Source: Ophelia neglecta
Taxonomy: Eukaryota
Direction: 5' to 3'
Length of the DNA stretch: 64,000 nucleotides
NCBI GenBank assembly: GCA_965285935.1
Contig: OZ260662.1
Span: forward strand, 25,668,001 to 25,732,000
A program made the translations under genes and the position numbers. The notes under the pieces are model-generated. The model was given only the letters and a program-made list of their open reading frames with translations, was not told the DNA's origin and searched no databases. This document shows positions 1 to 11,780 of this stretch, one piece after another (position 1 is the stretch's first letter; each line of letters starts with the position of its first letter).

Positions 1-402
1 GAGATTATTTGTTTGGCATGAATGTTAGTAACAGTCAAATATAGTGTACAGAGAATCAGTGGAACGTCAATCAGCGTTCCATGGACCAGGTGTACGCTAT
101 AAATATACCAATGAACTGGTGTGACATAGATTTGAAATATAGACAACTGAATTTCCCGCTGTTTTGCCTCATTAATATGCAGGCAACAGGCATGGTTGGC
201 GCTGAAGTAGGCAGTCCCACGCATAAATGAATAAAAATATCGGGAAGCTGGATTTCTCGTCTACCGGAATCTGGTTTGTTTTTCGCCATGACTTGGATAT
301 TATCGGAGTTATCGCACTTTTTACGCCGGCTGTGTACAGCTTACGTTTCCCACCTTTCGCTTCGCTCTTATACACAGTGGGTAGCATTGACATTGACACT
401 AG

Positions 403-561
403 CACCTGTGCTTTAATCAGACCACCTGTCATTTCAGACCATTAATATAAGGACTGTGCTGTATGCTTCCAATGCTTTATAAACTGTCTAAACAGACCAC
501 CTCGAAAATCAGACCAGCATTTTCCAGTCCCTTTGGTGGTCTGATTTCACAGGTTTCACTG
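403..561. mobile_element. Truncated Tc1/mariner-type MITE (same family as 52831-53007)
   Basis: Internal GACCACC repeats and right end caggtttcactg+TA, alignable by eye to the copy at 52831; left end absent. Confidence 0.7.
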
Positions 562-607
562 TATATTAATTTTCTTAAAATGTACAAATAAGTGTGTTTC
601 TCTGTAG

Positions 608-814
608 ACTAAGGAGCGTTACGGTCCTAACCTGGACAGCCTGGCCGTGGGCCTGACGGTGGGGGTACTTGTAGACGAGGAGGGCTGTCTACATCTCTAC
701 GTTAATGACATTGACCAAGGGATCGCGGCCAAGGACATTCCCAGTACCTGCTACGCTCTGGTCGACCTCTACGGACAGTGTGAACAAGTCACGGTCGTCA
801 CCAGCGACTCCGAG
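608..814 (+). CDS. NEURL4: Neuralized-like protein 4, internal exon (end of last NHR/neuralized domain); gene starts before the window
   Basis: ctgtag acceptor, GAG|gtaaac donor; TKERYGPNLDSL...LHLYVNDIDQGIAAKDIPSTCYALVDLYGQCEQV matches an NHR domain end; phase 0/0. Confidence 0.9.
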
Positions 815-1740
815 GTAAACCTGTCAACTTTTGTATACTTTATTTGTCATAATGATAAATTAGAAGTGTCATTGATGTAATGGAGGTTTATTCATTGTGG
901 TCTGAGTAGTATATTTCACTCTCATGGTATTTATACCAAGCTGCCTGGATGTCTTCTGTGTGTGTAGGGTCTGGGTCTATTAGAGTTTTACTAGGACAGA
1001 ACACAGAATGAATCAGGAGGAGCTAAATACTAGTTTATCTTCCAGGGGCTTACTTAATCAACTCATTATAAAAAACATGGAAGAGGCCCTTTGAAAAATA
1101 AAACAAGTTGACACCTGGTTAGGGCCCAACTCGGAGGTAGCCGAGTGCTTCTAGCGTTCGCGTGTGTTGACTTGTGATTTGTATACTACTCTTTACATAC
1201 TCTGCAGCAACAGTCTACAGTATGCCCACTAGTTGACACAGTTATATTCAATCAGAATCAAACACAGGAACCGAGCTACTTAACTGTAAAAGGAATACAG
1301 CCCACACCTCAATACAGTACTTGTACAGTATAATGTGAACATCATTCTGATATCAGGGGTTCTGAAATGATTTGTTCCATGCTTAGATTGTAGCACAACC
1401 AGTTGTTATTATTTGTTTAGACCATGGATCCCTGATATGTAAACAATATGTTTGGGGAGGGAACATCCTATTTGCAAAAAAAAAGGATTTTTATTAAGAT
1501 CATATATGTACTTGTATGTTTAAATAAGTTGTCAGTGATGATCACTAGTGACCTTGACTAGAATGTTTTGCGGCTGGGAACTGTGATTTTTCCCTACATG
1601 TAGGTCTTGTAGATGCCTGGTCTAGTTTTTATATTTGCTCCTTGTTTTTTCGGTGCTGTTGCCGTTTTTTTTTCTTGTTTTGAGAAAGCCGGTTTGTGAT
1701 TTTCATCCGTCTGCTATGATATTTATCGTTTGGATTGTAG

Positions 1741-1903
1741 GCGTCTGGTCCAGGGGTGGCCCAGGAGTACAGGGAGAAGGCAGACATGGAGGACGGAATG
1801 AAGGAGTCCCAGAAACTAGGACGCATCTGTGAACCCAATGTCATCAAGAACTGTGAATACCAGAACATCTGTGGCCGATTCAAGGCCATGTTTGGGCTTC
1901 CAG
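1741..1903 (+). CDS. NEURL4: NEURL4 exon
   Basis: ttgtag acceptor, CAG|gtaagg donor; EKADMEDGMKES...CEYQNICGRF resembles vertebrate NEURL4 EKADMVDGIKES...CEYHALCSRF; phase 0/1. Confidence 0.9.
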
Positions 1904-2485
1904 GTAAGGGGCATCCAGAAAATAAACTGAGGGCTTCCAGGTAAGGGGTGTCCAGTAAATAAACTGAGAGCTTCCAGGTAAGGGGTGTCCAGATAATAAC
2001 CTGAGGGCTTCCAGGGTAGGGGTGTCCTAATAATAAAGTGAGGGCTTCCAGGTAAGGGTGTCCAGTAAATAAACTTAGGGCTTTTAGGTAAGGGGTGTCC
2101 AGATAATAACCTGAGGGCTTCCAGGGTAGGGGTGTCCTAATAATAAACTGAGGGCTTCCAGGTAAGGGGTGTCCAGTAAATAAACTGAGGGCTTCCAGGT
2201 AAGTGGTGTCCAGATAATAAACTGAGGGCTTCCAGGTAAAGGGTGTCCAAATAATAACCTGAGGGCTTCCAGGTAAAGGGTGTCCAAATAATAACCTGAG
2301 GGCTTCCAGGTAAGGGGTGTCCTAAAAATAAAGTGAGGGCTTCCAGGTAAGGGGTGTCCTAATAATAAAGTGAGGGCTTCCAGGTAAGGGGTGTCCTAAA
2401 AATAAACTGAGGGCTTCCAGGTAAGGGGCGTCCTAAAAATAAACTGAGGGCTTCCAGGTAAGGGGTGTCCTAATAATTAACTGAG
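1894..2485 (+). repeat. ~37-bp minisatellite, 16 copies, each carrying the NEURL4 exon/intron junction
   Basis: Unit gagggcttccaggtaaggggtgtccagtaaataaact; first copy overlaps the true donor at 1903/1904. Confidence 0.95.
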
Positions 2486-2725
2486 GAATGAGATGGGTTG
2501 GAATTTGGTATTACCATTGAGATATCGTGTATATTTGTAAGTTAGGGATGCCAAATGGATTAGGTGAGGGGATACTTGCCAAGGAATATTATTACATGAT
2601 AGTGTTATTCAAAACAAAAACCTGATAATAAACCAGGATTTGTTTGAGGTTTTCCTTGTTTCTGAGCACAGCTGCATTAATCAGACACTTGTTTGTATTG
2701 TAAAGTACATATGTTTTAATTTCAG

Positions 2726-2864
2726 AGGGTTACTTCAATGAGGAGTTCAACAGATGTTACTGTGAGACTTGTCATAAAATCCGCAGTGACGACCCCTACC
2801 TGAGGAAGGGGGAACCACCGCGGGAGTATGCGTTACCCTTTGGATGGTGCAAGTTTGGTTTACG
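2726..2864 (+). CDS. NEURL4: NEURL4 exon
   Basis: tttcag/gtaaac; [34 protein letters not shown]; phase 1/2. Confidence 0.93.
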
Positions 2865-3019
2865 GTAAACTATTGGACATGTCTAAGCTTGATGTTACAA
2901 AATAACCATTGCTGATGAATCTGTGCTTTTCTGTCATTCTATTTGATATGAATTTGTTAATTGTTCTTTGATTCATACCATCATAATACAGTAACTTTTT
3001 TATCTATTTTGTTTTCATT

Positions 3020-3150
3020 TTTGTTCCTCTTCTGTTTACATTTTTTTCCTCCTCTGTTTACATTTCTGTTTACATGTTTGTTCCTCCTCTGTTTACATTT
3101 TTGTTCCTCCTCTGTTTACATTTTTGTTCCTCCTCTGTTTACATTTTTGG
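3020..3150. repeat. Short ~23-bp tandem repeat (ttgttcctcctctgtttacattt)
   Basis: About 5 imperfect copies. Confidence 0.8.
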
Positions 3151-3747
3151 TCCACTGTTTATATATTATATATGTATATGATTTGTATGCTTGTTTTATC
3201 ATATGTGACTATTTAGGTTTGAATATTCCTGCACAATTAAATATGCACCAGTGTGTCAATAAGATGTAAATGATAACTAGAAGTAACATTAATATACCCA
3301 GGTACCTACCCTTTTTCTGTTTTGAATTCCCTTGGGTAGATTCCCTGGGGTATACAAGCCGCGGGCATCTCACCCATGCCTTATAATTGTGTGATTTTTC
3401 ATTTCGTCATTATTTGCTAACATTTTAAATGTAAGGTAAAACAGTAAATTATGGTAAATTAATTGAATTGAATTGAACTTTTGTATAAATATGACTGTCT
3501 GTTTCTCTAAATGACATATATGTTTTTATTTATGTTGTTGTAACTAGATTTCACTGTATGCTGAGTAAAATGCCAGCTCATTGGCTAACTCAAATCCCTA
3601 TTAACTCATTCACTGTTCATATCTATAGATTTTTCCAGTTTTTGTTTTATCCCAGCTGCCTATTTGTTTATGTAAAGCTGTTTTTAATGTGTTTCTTGTT
3701 TAGTATATTTAGATGTTTTATACCTTGTTAATTTCTGTGTATTTCAG

Positions 3748-3863
3748 GATTCCTCCCAAAGCTGAGATTCGTCATGTATTTGAGAAGTGGCACATAGCGT
3801 ACCACGGCACCAAGGCTTCTAGCATCAGAAAGATTCTGGACACGGGTGACCTCCTGGTGCCAG
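3748..3863 (+). CDS. NEURL4: NEURL4 exon (PARP/ART-like domain, His motif)
   Basis: tttcag/gttagg; KWHIAYHGTKASSIRKILDTGDL; phase 2/1. Confidence 0.93.
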
Positions 3864-4385
3864 GTTAGGCTAGCTCTTCTGCATGAAACTTATTATTATT
3901 TTTCCTAATACTAAAATGCAGAAAGATATCTGTATATGAAGAATTGTATGTAGTATGTTTGTCTTTGCAAATTTTGATTGAAACAAGATTGAAAAGATAA
4001 AGCTCGCAAAATTAGTCCCCCAGAAACTGAATGTACTCTCGGAAAAGAGGTCTAACTGCTAAAAAGCCCTTAAGCATATTAGTTAAATCTCTTGATATGC
4101 AATAGGCAAAAACTTAACTGTTCACAGCAATGGATACAAACAAACTAGCAGATTGATTTGAGTATTTGGAAGCACTCGAGTATAAAGTAATATAAGAGTC
4201 ACAAGAGATTATAATATGTGAATGAAGGATTTAATTAACTCCTCCTTGTAAAAGTATAGTGGTGGTTAATAGGTCCTTGTCCAGATCTATCATACAAACA
4301 CAGGTATGTGTCCACGGCCCTGAAGGGATGTAATCCTATAATCCCAGCTGGTACTGATGAGTGTTCCATGTCTCTCTCCATGCAG

Positions 4386-4536
4386 GTGACGTCGCAGTGG
4401 GCGGCTCTCTGCTGGGACCCCAGCCGTGCCACGCCGACGAGAAGAACAAGCCAGAAGAACAGGCGGACTGTAAACAGATTTCTCTCTCTCCTACTGTAAG
4501 ATACGGTGGCTGTCAACACTTCTCACCAAAATACGA
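4386..4536 (+). CDS. NEURL4: NEURL4 exon
   Basis: atgcag/gtaagt; ...QISLSPTVRYGGCQHFSPKY; phase 1/2, continuous with neighbours. Confidence 0.88.
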
Positions 4537-5281
4537 GTAAGTCCTAACCAGTGCTGCTCACGGCTGGTCCATTTTAAATCATTACGAGGGGGGTGGGGGG
4601 GGGGGAGAGGGGGATTTGGAATCTGTTGAACCCCTCTCCACCAATATATTATTATTTGGATTGCACAATTTAGCGCTATTGGAACTCCGTCTGGTCAAGG
4701 ATAAATATACCCACAACACAAATAAAAAAGGAATCACCCCCTCAATTACTGATTTAAATTAAATAGGCCTGAGATTGAATAAAGTAGATTTAGGGTTTCT
4801 TTCAAGTTCTGTCATTGGATGTACTTTTTATTCAACTACTATAAGGTATGAAATGTTTATAGGCATGCTACTTGGGGAATGGGAGAAAATTCCATGTAGG
4901 CGCCAATAATTTGGTGTTTAACCATTTTTGTTTGAGCTCATACAGTTATTGTGAAGAGTGTTCAGTTCATTTTTCTGAACATTATGTGCCCCCCCCCCCC
5001 CCCCCCCCCGCCCTAACATTCCCTACTATGAACATGTATGTTTGTAGGTTAGGTCTAGTATTGAGATACATTAAAAAATTGACATTTCCCCTGGGTCCTT
5101 CTTTAATGACTTTAAAAAAAATTGTTTTGAGGCCGCCAATGCTGACACACTATAATATACTGCATATTAATCAACCTTAGGAAAGTTTCATTCCAGAATC
5201 CTATTTAATTTCTATCTGTCAGGCCACACTAGGTGGTACTGTCAATTCATTGGCTTCATCAAACGTTAATTTGTCTTTCAG

Positions 5282-5489
5282 ATATCGAGACCCTAAAACA
5301 AAGAAAACAATGTGTGCAAGAGTGGCATTTCAAGTGTGTGTGAAACCGGGCTCCTATAAGATAGGGGCGCAGTCTATCGGAGTGAATGAACAGATTGATC
5401 CACGATTCAGTAACAATGAGATTGAGTGGCTGACCAAGGAGCGACGAGCCACAGTGCTGTCTGCCATGCTCATCAGAATCGAACAGTGA
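5282..5489 (+). CDS. NEURL4: NEURL4 terminal coding exon
   Basis: tttcag acceptor; YRDPKTKKTMCARVAFQVCVKPGSY...IDPRFSNNEIEWLTKERRATVLSAMLIRIEQ* matches the NEURL4 C-terminus. Confidence 0.93.
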
Positions 5490-6355
5490 ACGCGGAAGAA
5501 CTGATGTGTATGTAGTGCCCCCCCCCCCATGTCTCAGTATTTTAAATATGGCTTCAGTGTTCTGAATCACTCTATTAAATACGGAGGAACACTGAGGCGA
5601 GGTGCCGGTGTGATAACTGGCGCTTTGTGATCTGCACTGTCGGCTCATTCCTGGCTAATTAGTGGATGCTGTTACTCTATCCATCTGTAGTAGTGTACAA
5701 GTTCTATATTTTATGAATTCCTAGTGAATATGTGAAAGCCTACCATGCTTAACTGGAATAATATTGTCTCTCTTAGTTCTGTATAAATCTATATGTTTTT
5801 CCGGTACCGGTGTCATTAGGTTATATACAGGGTCTGACGCTAGTGACTGCCTGACTGCCTGGAGCAAGTTAAAAAATGAAAGCCAGGGAAGGGAACATGT
5901 GTCATATGCCAGCAAAGCCCAGATTTAAAGTCTCGGGCAAGCAGCTTTCATAGGTTATGTCAGGCCCTGTAAATAGATCATTGCCAAATTTGCACCTAGT
6001 AAGCCATACCGAAAAGAATGTCTTTATTGAACCACTGTCTCATATAACATTAATAACAGAAAATGGGTTCTTTGTGCAGCACAGTTTAGACAAATCTCAA
6101 GTGGCTAAACAAATCTAATTTAAAGATTTCTGTTAAATCTACCTTTTATCTACATGTACTTGATATGTATGTGGAGTGTGTTGTTAATATTCTTGTTGGT
6201 TCTGTGTAAAATGCTGTATATTATAATACTGTAAAAAGTTCACTGCAAGAAAAACATAAATTTTGAAAAGTTGCTTTGGTTTTGTGTAGGAAAATTTGTC
6301 AAGTTGATAAGGTCATAACCAAAGTAAAAATACGTCAGACTAAAGAGTCTACATA

Positions 6356-6540
6356 CTGTAAAAACCTTATATTTCACCGGCCCTAAAGTTTGCAGTTTCA
6401 TAGTCCAAATTATTTTGCTGCCCAAGCTTTAATTTTGCTTTTCGCCGGCGTCCAAAAGTGGTCCATGCAGTGTACCTCATTTTTACACACCTTTGGATTT
6501 GGCAGTTTTCAACCTTCTCTTAGAATTTGGGGTTTTACAG
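6356..6540. mobile_element. TA-flanked MITE (ctgtaaaa...ttttacag), related to 42392-42582
   Basis: Short TIRs, TA on both sides, shared start ccttatatttcacc-gccct. Confidence 0.6.
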
Positions 6541-8169
6541 TAAATATTTTTTAAGTTTGGGGGCAGGACGTGCTTGTGATTTTGCAGCATTTGCAAATGT
6601 TGCCTACTGGCAGTGAATAGACACAAAACTAAAATAATCAAATAGGATTTGAACTCTGACCTACACCTCTGACCTACACTGTTTACAGACTGCAGTACTC
6701 TTGAGTTTAGTATTTAGACAGTATATTAGATAGGAACTCTGTCCTGATAACACAACTTTATGTCCTGAGCAGTATTAGTAAAGTGTATGTACATGTGGGT
6801 GTGTGGGGTGAATGTCCCTCCCTGAAGGGGGTCTTGAGGCTAAAACCCCTGTTTGTACCCCCCAGGATCTGACACTGCTCTCGTACCCACTGTGACTAGT
6901 TATTCTGTTTAACTTATTTAACAGCTAAGGTTATTGTAATTCCCTTCCATTGTGCTTGGTAGTGTTTTCTTGCCTTATATCATTCCCTGTTTAGTATTTT
7001 CTCTCATGAAATTACAAAATAAAAGAGCACAATAGATTCTTCTATACATGGTGTCAGAAGGAGATGAAGACAGATCTTTGAGGTATTAACCAGTTCCTGA
7101 GAGAGTAGTATGGTCAGTTATATTGTTAATCCAGGAAATCTTGTCTGATCAATCTTTTTTTGACTGTTTTGATCATTCTATCTTTTATTGTTTTAAGGTG
7201 TAACAAAATCTTACTCCCAGTGAAGACTCCTAGATTACACATACTTCTACATATATCACTGTTTTGATACAATACAGGAAAAAAGAGAAACAATTTTGAA
7301 GTTAAATACAGGAAAAGAGAAACATTTTGAAATTAAATACCCAAGTCCCTTACCCATTTTTGTCTCAGAAGGCCTAGTTCTAGTCAAGTAGTATACCCTG
7401 TAGAGCTTTTGCATTTTATGAAGCCAGTCAAAAATGTAGTAACCAAACAGGCTAAAAATGGTTAAAACGTGACTAGACCAGTACAAACTACTGTCTATCG
7501 GTGATGTAAGTACTCAGTTCCCTGCCCTGACTGAGAGGCCATGGAGCTCGGGGGAGTCATGTCTGTCTATCTGTATTGGTGATGTGTGTATTAGTGACAC
7601 CAAAGAGCCCATGAAACCCCAGTTATTTGTGATCTAGGGTAGGACTTTCCTGTTGTCATAACACAGCTAAAACTAGCTGGTTAGTGCCATATACAGGAAG
7701 CCTGCGGCCCTAGATATAAACTTAACCATTTCTCTCCAGATATTCCTGGTAGTTTTCCAATGTCTGTACTGACATATGTCCATGTATTACTATCACTCTT
7801 TATTTAGAAGAACAGAAATCTGGTCTGCTGTGCAAAGAGATTTGGGTACAGAATGAAATGTAAATAGATTAATTTCGAGCACATTGAATAAATATGTTGA
7901 CACTGCTTGGAACAAAAGGAGTGTGTCTGACCATGATGTTGATCTGTGTTGACCTGGCAGGTCTAGAGTTTGGTAAAGGTTTGGTCATTATTCCCTGGGA
8001 GCTTCTCCCCAGAGGAGAAACCTCCTCCCTGAGGAGGCACCCACCCCACAGCCTCACCACCCTCCTACAGCCTCACCACCCTCCTACAGCAATAAAAGGG
8101 AATCTGCCAAATGTTGTTAAAGTCTGTGGAAACACCAGGTATCATGGTGGGGTGACCATAGTCAGAAGA

Positions 8170-8890
8170 ATGTTATGATGGTCATAGTGGGATGACGATC
8201 ACAGTGGGGTGATGAGCATAGTGCCATGTTCAAATGGGTTATTATCATAGTGGGGTTATGAGCATAGTGGGGTTATGAGCATAGTGGGTTGAAGATCATT
8301 GTGGGATTATGAGCATAGTGGGATTATGAGCATAGTGGGATTATGAGCATTGTGGGGTTATAAGCATAGTGGGAAGAGCATTGTGTGGTGATCAAATTGT
8401 TGATGATCTTAGTAGGGTTATGAGTATAGTGGGGTTATATGCATAGTGGGGTGAGCATTGTGGGGTGATGGTCATAGTGTGGTGATCATAGTGGGGTCGG
8501 ATGATGATCATAGTGGGATGATGATCATAGTAGGGTTGGATGATGATCATAGTGGGATGATGATCATAGTGGGATGATGATCATAGTGGGGTCGGATGAT
8601 GATCATAGTGGGATGATGATCATAGTGGGATGATGATCATAGTGGGATGATTATCATAGTGGGATGATTATCATAGTGGGATGATGATCATAGTGGGATG
8701 ATTATCATAGGGATGATTATCATAGTGGGATGATTATCATAGTGGGATGATGATCATAGTGGGGTCGGATGATGATCATAGTGGGATGATGATCATAGTG
8801 GGATGATGATCATAGTGGGATGATTATCACAGTGTGATGATTATCACAGTGTGATGATTATCATAGTGGGATGATTATCATAGTGGGTTG
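8170..8890. repeat. ~17-bp minisatellite (atcatagtgggatgatg)n
   Basis: Direct tandem copies, degenerate on the left and homogeneous on the right. Confidence 0.92.
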
Positions 8891-10649
8891 AATCAGGTAT
8901 GTGGTTTGTTCTGAAATTATCTATGAAATAGTATTGAAGCCACTACTCGAAAAAGAAAGTTCCACATCTCTCTCGACCTAGGAAATATATTTTCAAGAGG
9001 AGGCTTAGATTGATGTACTCAGAGGAGTTAGTTTGATTAAGTGGTACAAAGATTAAAATGCTCAAGTTCAATTCAGTGTTGGAAGGATTAAAATGCTTTG
9101 TATGGTGAGAAGCGTGCAGTAACACAGCTACAGTTTAGACCAATTAATTGAATTATAGTAATTATTGATATGACTGTTGCTACATGTATTTATAAATAAT
9201 GAGACAACTTCCAGCTAAAGTCAATCTATATTTTTTCAGTTTTTGTAAAAAACAATTCCTGGTAATACTGTGTTGTCATACTGTGGGCATGAAAATATTT
9301 TTGAAAATTTTAAAGGCTAAATGTGTGATCTACAGTGACTAGTTTAACTAGCCCCCCCCCCCCCCCCGCAACCCCCAAATCGGTCTAGAAGTTATATTTA
9401 GAAGCAATCCACTAATTAATGACATGTAATAGGTACCTTCCATGTCAACAGGAAGTCGGGATGTATACATGTATGGTTTATTTTTTATGAGGTTCATCTG
9501 CACCCTCACACATTTGCTTACCATGCAAGTATTGTAAGTTACTGTGATCTTTTGTTTATACACATGTATTTGTATAACAGGTTATTTTGATTTATAATGA
9601 ATAAATGTGATGCCAACTCAAAATTAGTATTTCATATTGTTTTAAAGAAACAATGAAAATAGAGGTCTTACATTTCATTTAAAAAGGTGTTTTTGTGTAG
9701 GGTGGGGTAGGGGGGTGGGGGCTTCGACGCAGTTGACCAAAACGTACTTCTTCTGAAGCTCAATAGATATTATGGTATTAGCGGGGTAGCTGGGATTGGC
9801 TAAGGAGTTAGCTACTTGATTGACCGCGCAAAGGTAAATCCTGGAGTAAAGCGTGGGCGAAAGTAACTTCAGAGTTTCGCTTATCATCAGCGGAGGAAAA
9901 TATGTAAACAACACTGCTGTAGCTCCCATGATTTCTCACTTTGACAAAAAACCCGAATTATCTTGAAGCTCTGATTAGCTCTTAAGGTCGACATACTTAT
10001 CTGGAGCAATTTAAAATGCCTAAAACCGCAATATATAAATGCAGGGAAAGTGGTTTATTTTTGAAAAAATTTCAACCTTTCAGCACCATTTTATGCTGTC
10101 CTCAGTATTCAACTGATGACAACTACAGTAAAGTGAATGTATATATCCACAAATTACTTCCAATGACTGAGGGACAATGTGTGGAGTTTACCAGCAGTCA
10201 GTGACTTACTTTATTCGATGCTGAAAATAAAGAAAAATGGCATTTTATACAGTTTCTCCTGTCGTGTGTGGATTAGTTGCCATGGTAACTGGACGAAACT
10301 GAACCATATTTTCTGAATATTTTGCTCTCATTGGCGTTTTGTCCTTACAGAAGGCCACTCTATAGCAATACCTGTTAATTCTCTTTCTGGTTCATATAAT
10401 AAAAGGGTTTTTTAAGTATTCTAAATTACTGCATATATGGCCTCAAATATGTTCAAATTGTGCAACAAAATGTAAAGGATACTGCTACAATGAATTGTAA
10501 ATATATATTCTAAAATCAGTTTTCTCACATGTACTAAGGAATGGACGCTTTGTCGTATATATATTTTTTTTAAATTCTTTTTTGTGTCATACATTTACAA
10601 AATGTTCTTTTAAGATCCTACCATAATCAACCCTTATCATCAAGGTTTA

Positions 10650-11780
10650 GTACCAGTAAGTTACTATTATCAGTATAGAACGTATTTTAAGTGCAATAAT
10701 GTTAGCTATCATTTTGTACAGGCCAATACATTTGAATGGGATAATGAATATGAAGTTGCTCATAAGAGAGAACCTACGCCAAGGACACCACAGTAATTTG
10801 TCCCTCAAATTTACAACATGATATGCTTTCACTTTTCTGCCTAAAAGTCTTACAACGAGTCTTGCAGCCATACCTCACAATTGTTCCCAGTAGATCTGGT
10901 GTTCCTAGCTTTGTCATAACTGTTTGCATTAGCGTGCCATCAAATTCATGCCATCCATTTCTGATTGAACTAGGTATTATTAGTCTGGGTTTTAAACTGT
11001 GCTTCCAGATAAACATCTGGAGTTTGGCTCACTCTACTTGGAGTGCCATATGTCACTAGTTAGTGGAAAATAATCATACTTGATGTTGTTTTTGGTAAAC
11101 ATTTGGTAACGCAACGATAGATGTTTCATTCTTGTACATAGCGGACACTTATCCTTCAGCAGCCATCTTGGTGTCATTGTCTATAACCAGGGAGTTCCCA
11201 AGCATGGCAACAGACAAATTTTGGTGTTCTTTTAGCTTCCAGAGCAATCACTTTTCTCGGCACCAAATTCCACTAGTTGAATTAACTCCTGAGTTTGTGT
11301 ACGGCAGGTTATACATTTGTTAGAGTAGTTCCTAGTTGTTCAGCTATAGAATGGAGTGGTAGGTACCTAGAATTGACTCTTGTTCCAGTTTTCATCTACA
11401 GTTCTCTGTTGAACTGATCAAGTGCTGAGTGAATCGGCCTATACAACAGTCAGTCTTCTCAAAGTGATGGACTTGAGAGGATACTCAGTCAGGCAAATCA
11501 TTGAAGTGCACGAGAATTGACAGCGGGCCAAGTGTGGTCCCCTGAAGGACCCCCGACTCGATCTTCACCAGGGATGAGTTAACACCATCTACTAGCCAAA
11601 AATCTATGTTTGAATAATGGTTCTCCACAAGAATTGGGCCCCTTAGCCCATAATGATCTAATTTGTATAGTTATTTCTTGTGTGGCACAGTGTTAACACC
11701 TTTGAAACACTAGCCCGGCAACACCGACCTATGTTTTACAATCTCTGTTGCAAGCCAGGTCCTGAATCCTTATAAGTGAC
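10650..11780 (-). mobile_element. Decayed non-LTR retrotransposon (CR1/L2-group) RT remnant
   Basis: Minus strand reads TVPHKK*LYKLDHYGLRG...ESGVLQGTTLGPLSILVHFNDLPD*VSSQV (cf. [21 protein letters not shown]), then an AARLV...LYKM C-terminal remnant; stops and frameshifts; limits approximate. Confidence 0.65.

Noticed and set aside
1122-1165. tRNA/SINE-like head (ggtagccgagtg...ctagcg)
   Set aside because: Only an A-box-like resemblance; no B box or cloverleaf found
1903-2485. Recursive splicing at the repeated AG|GT motifs
   Set aside because: No polypyrimidine tract before the AGs and the intron is only ~820 nt
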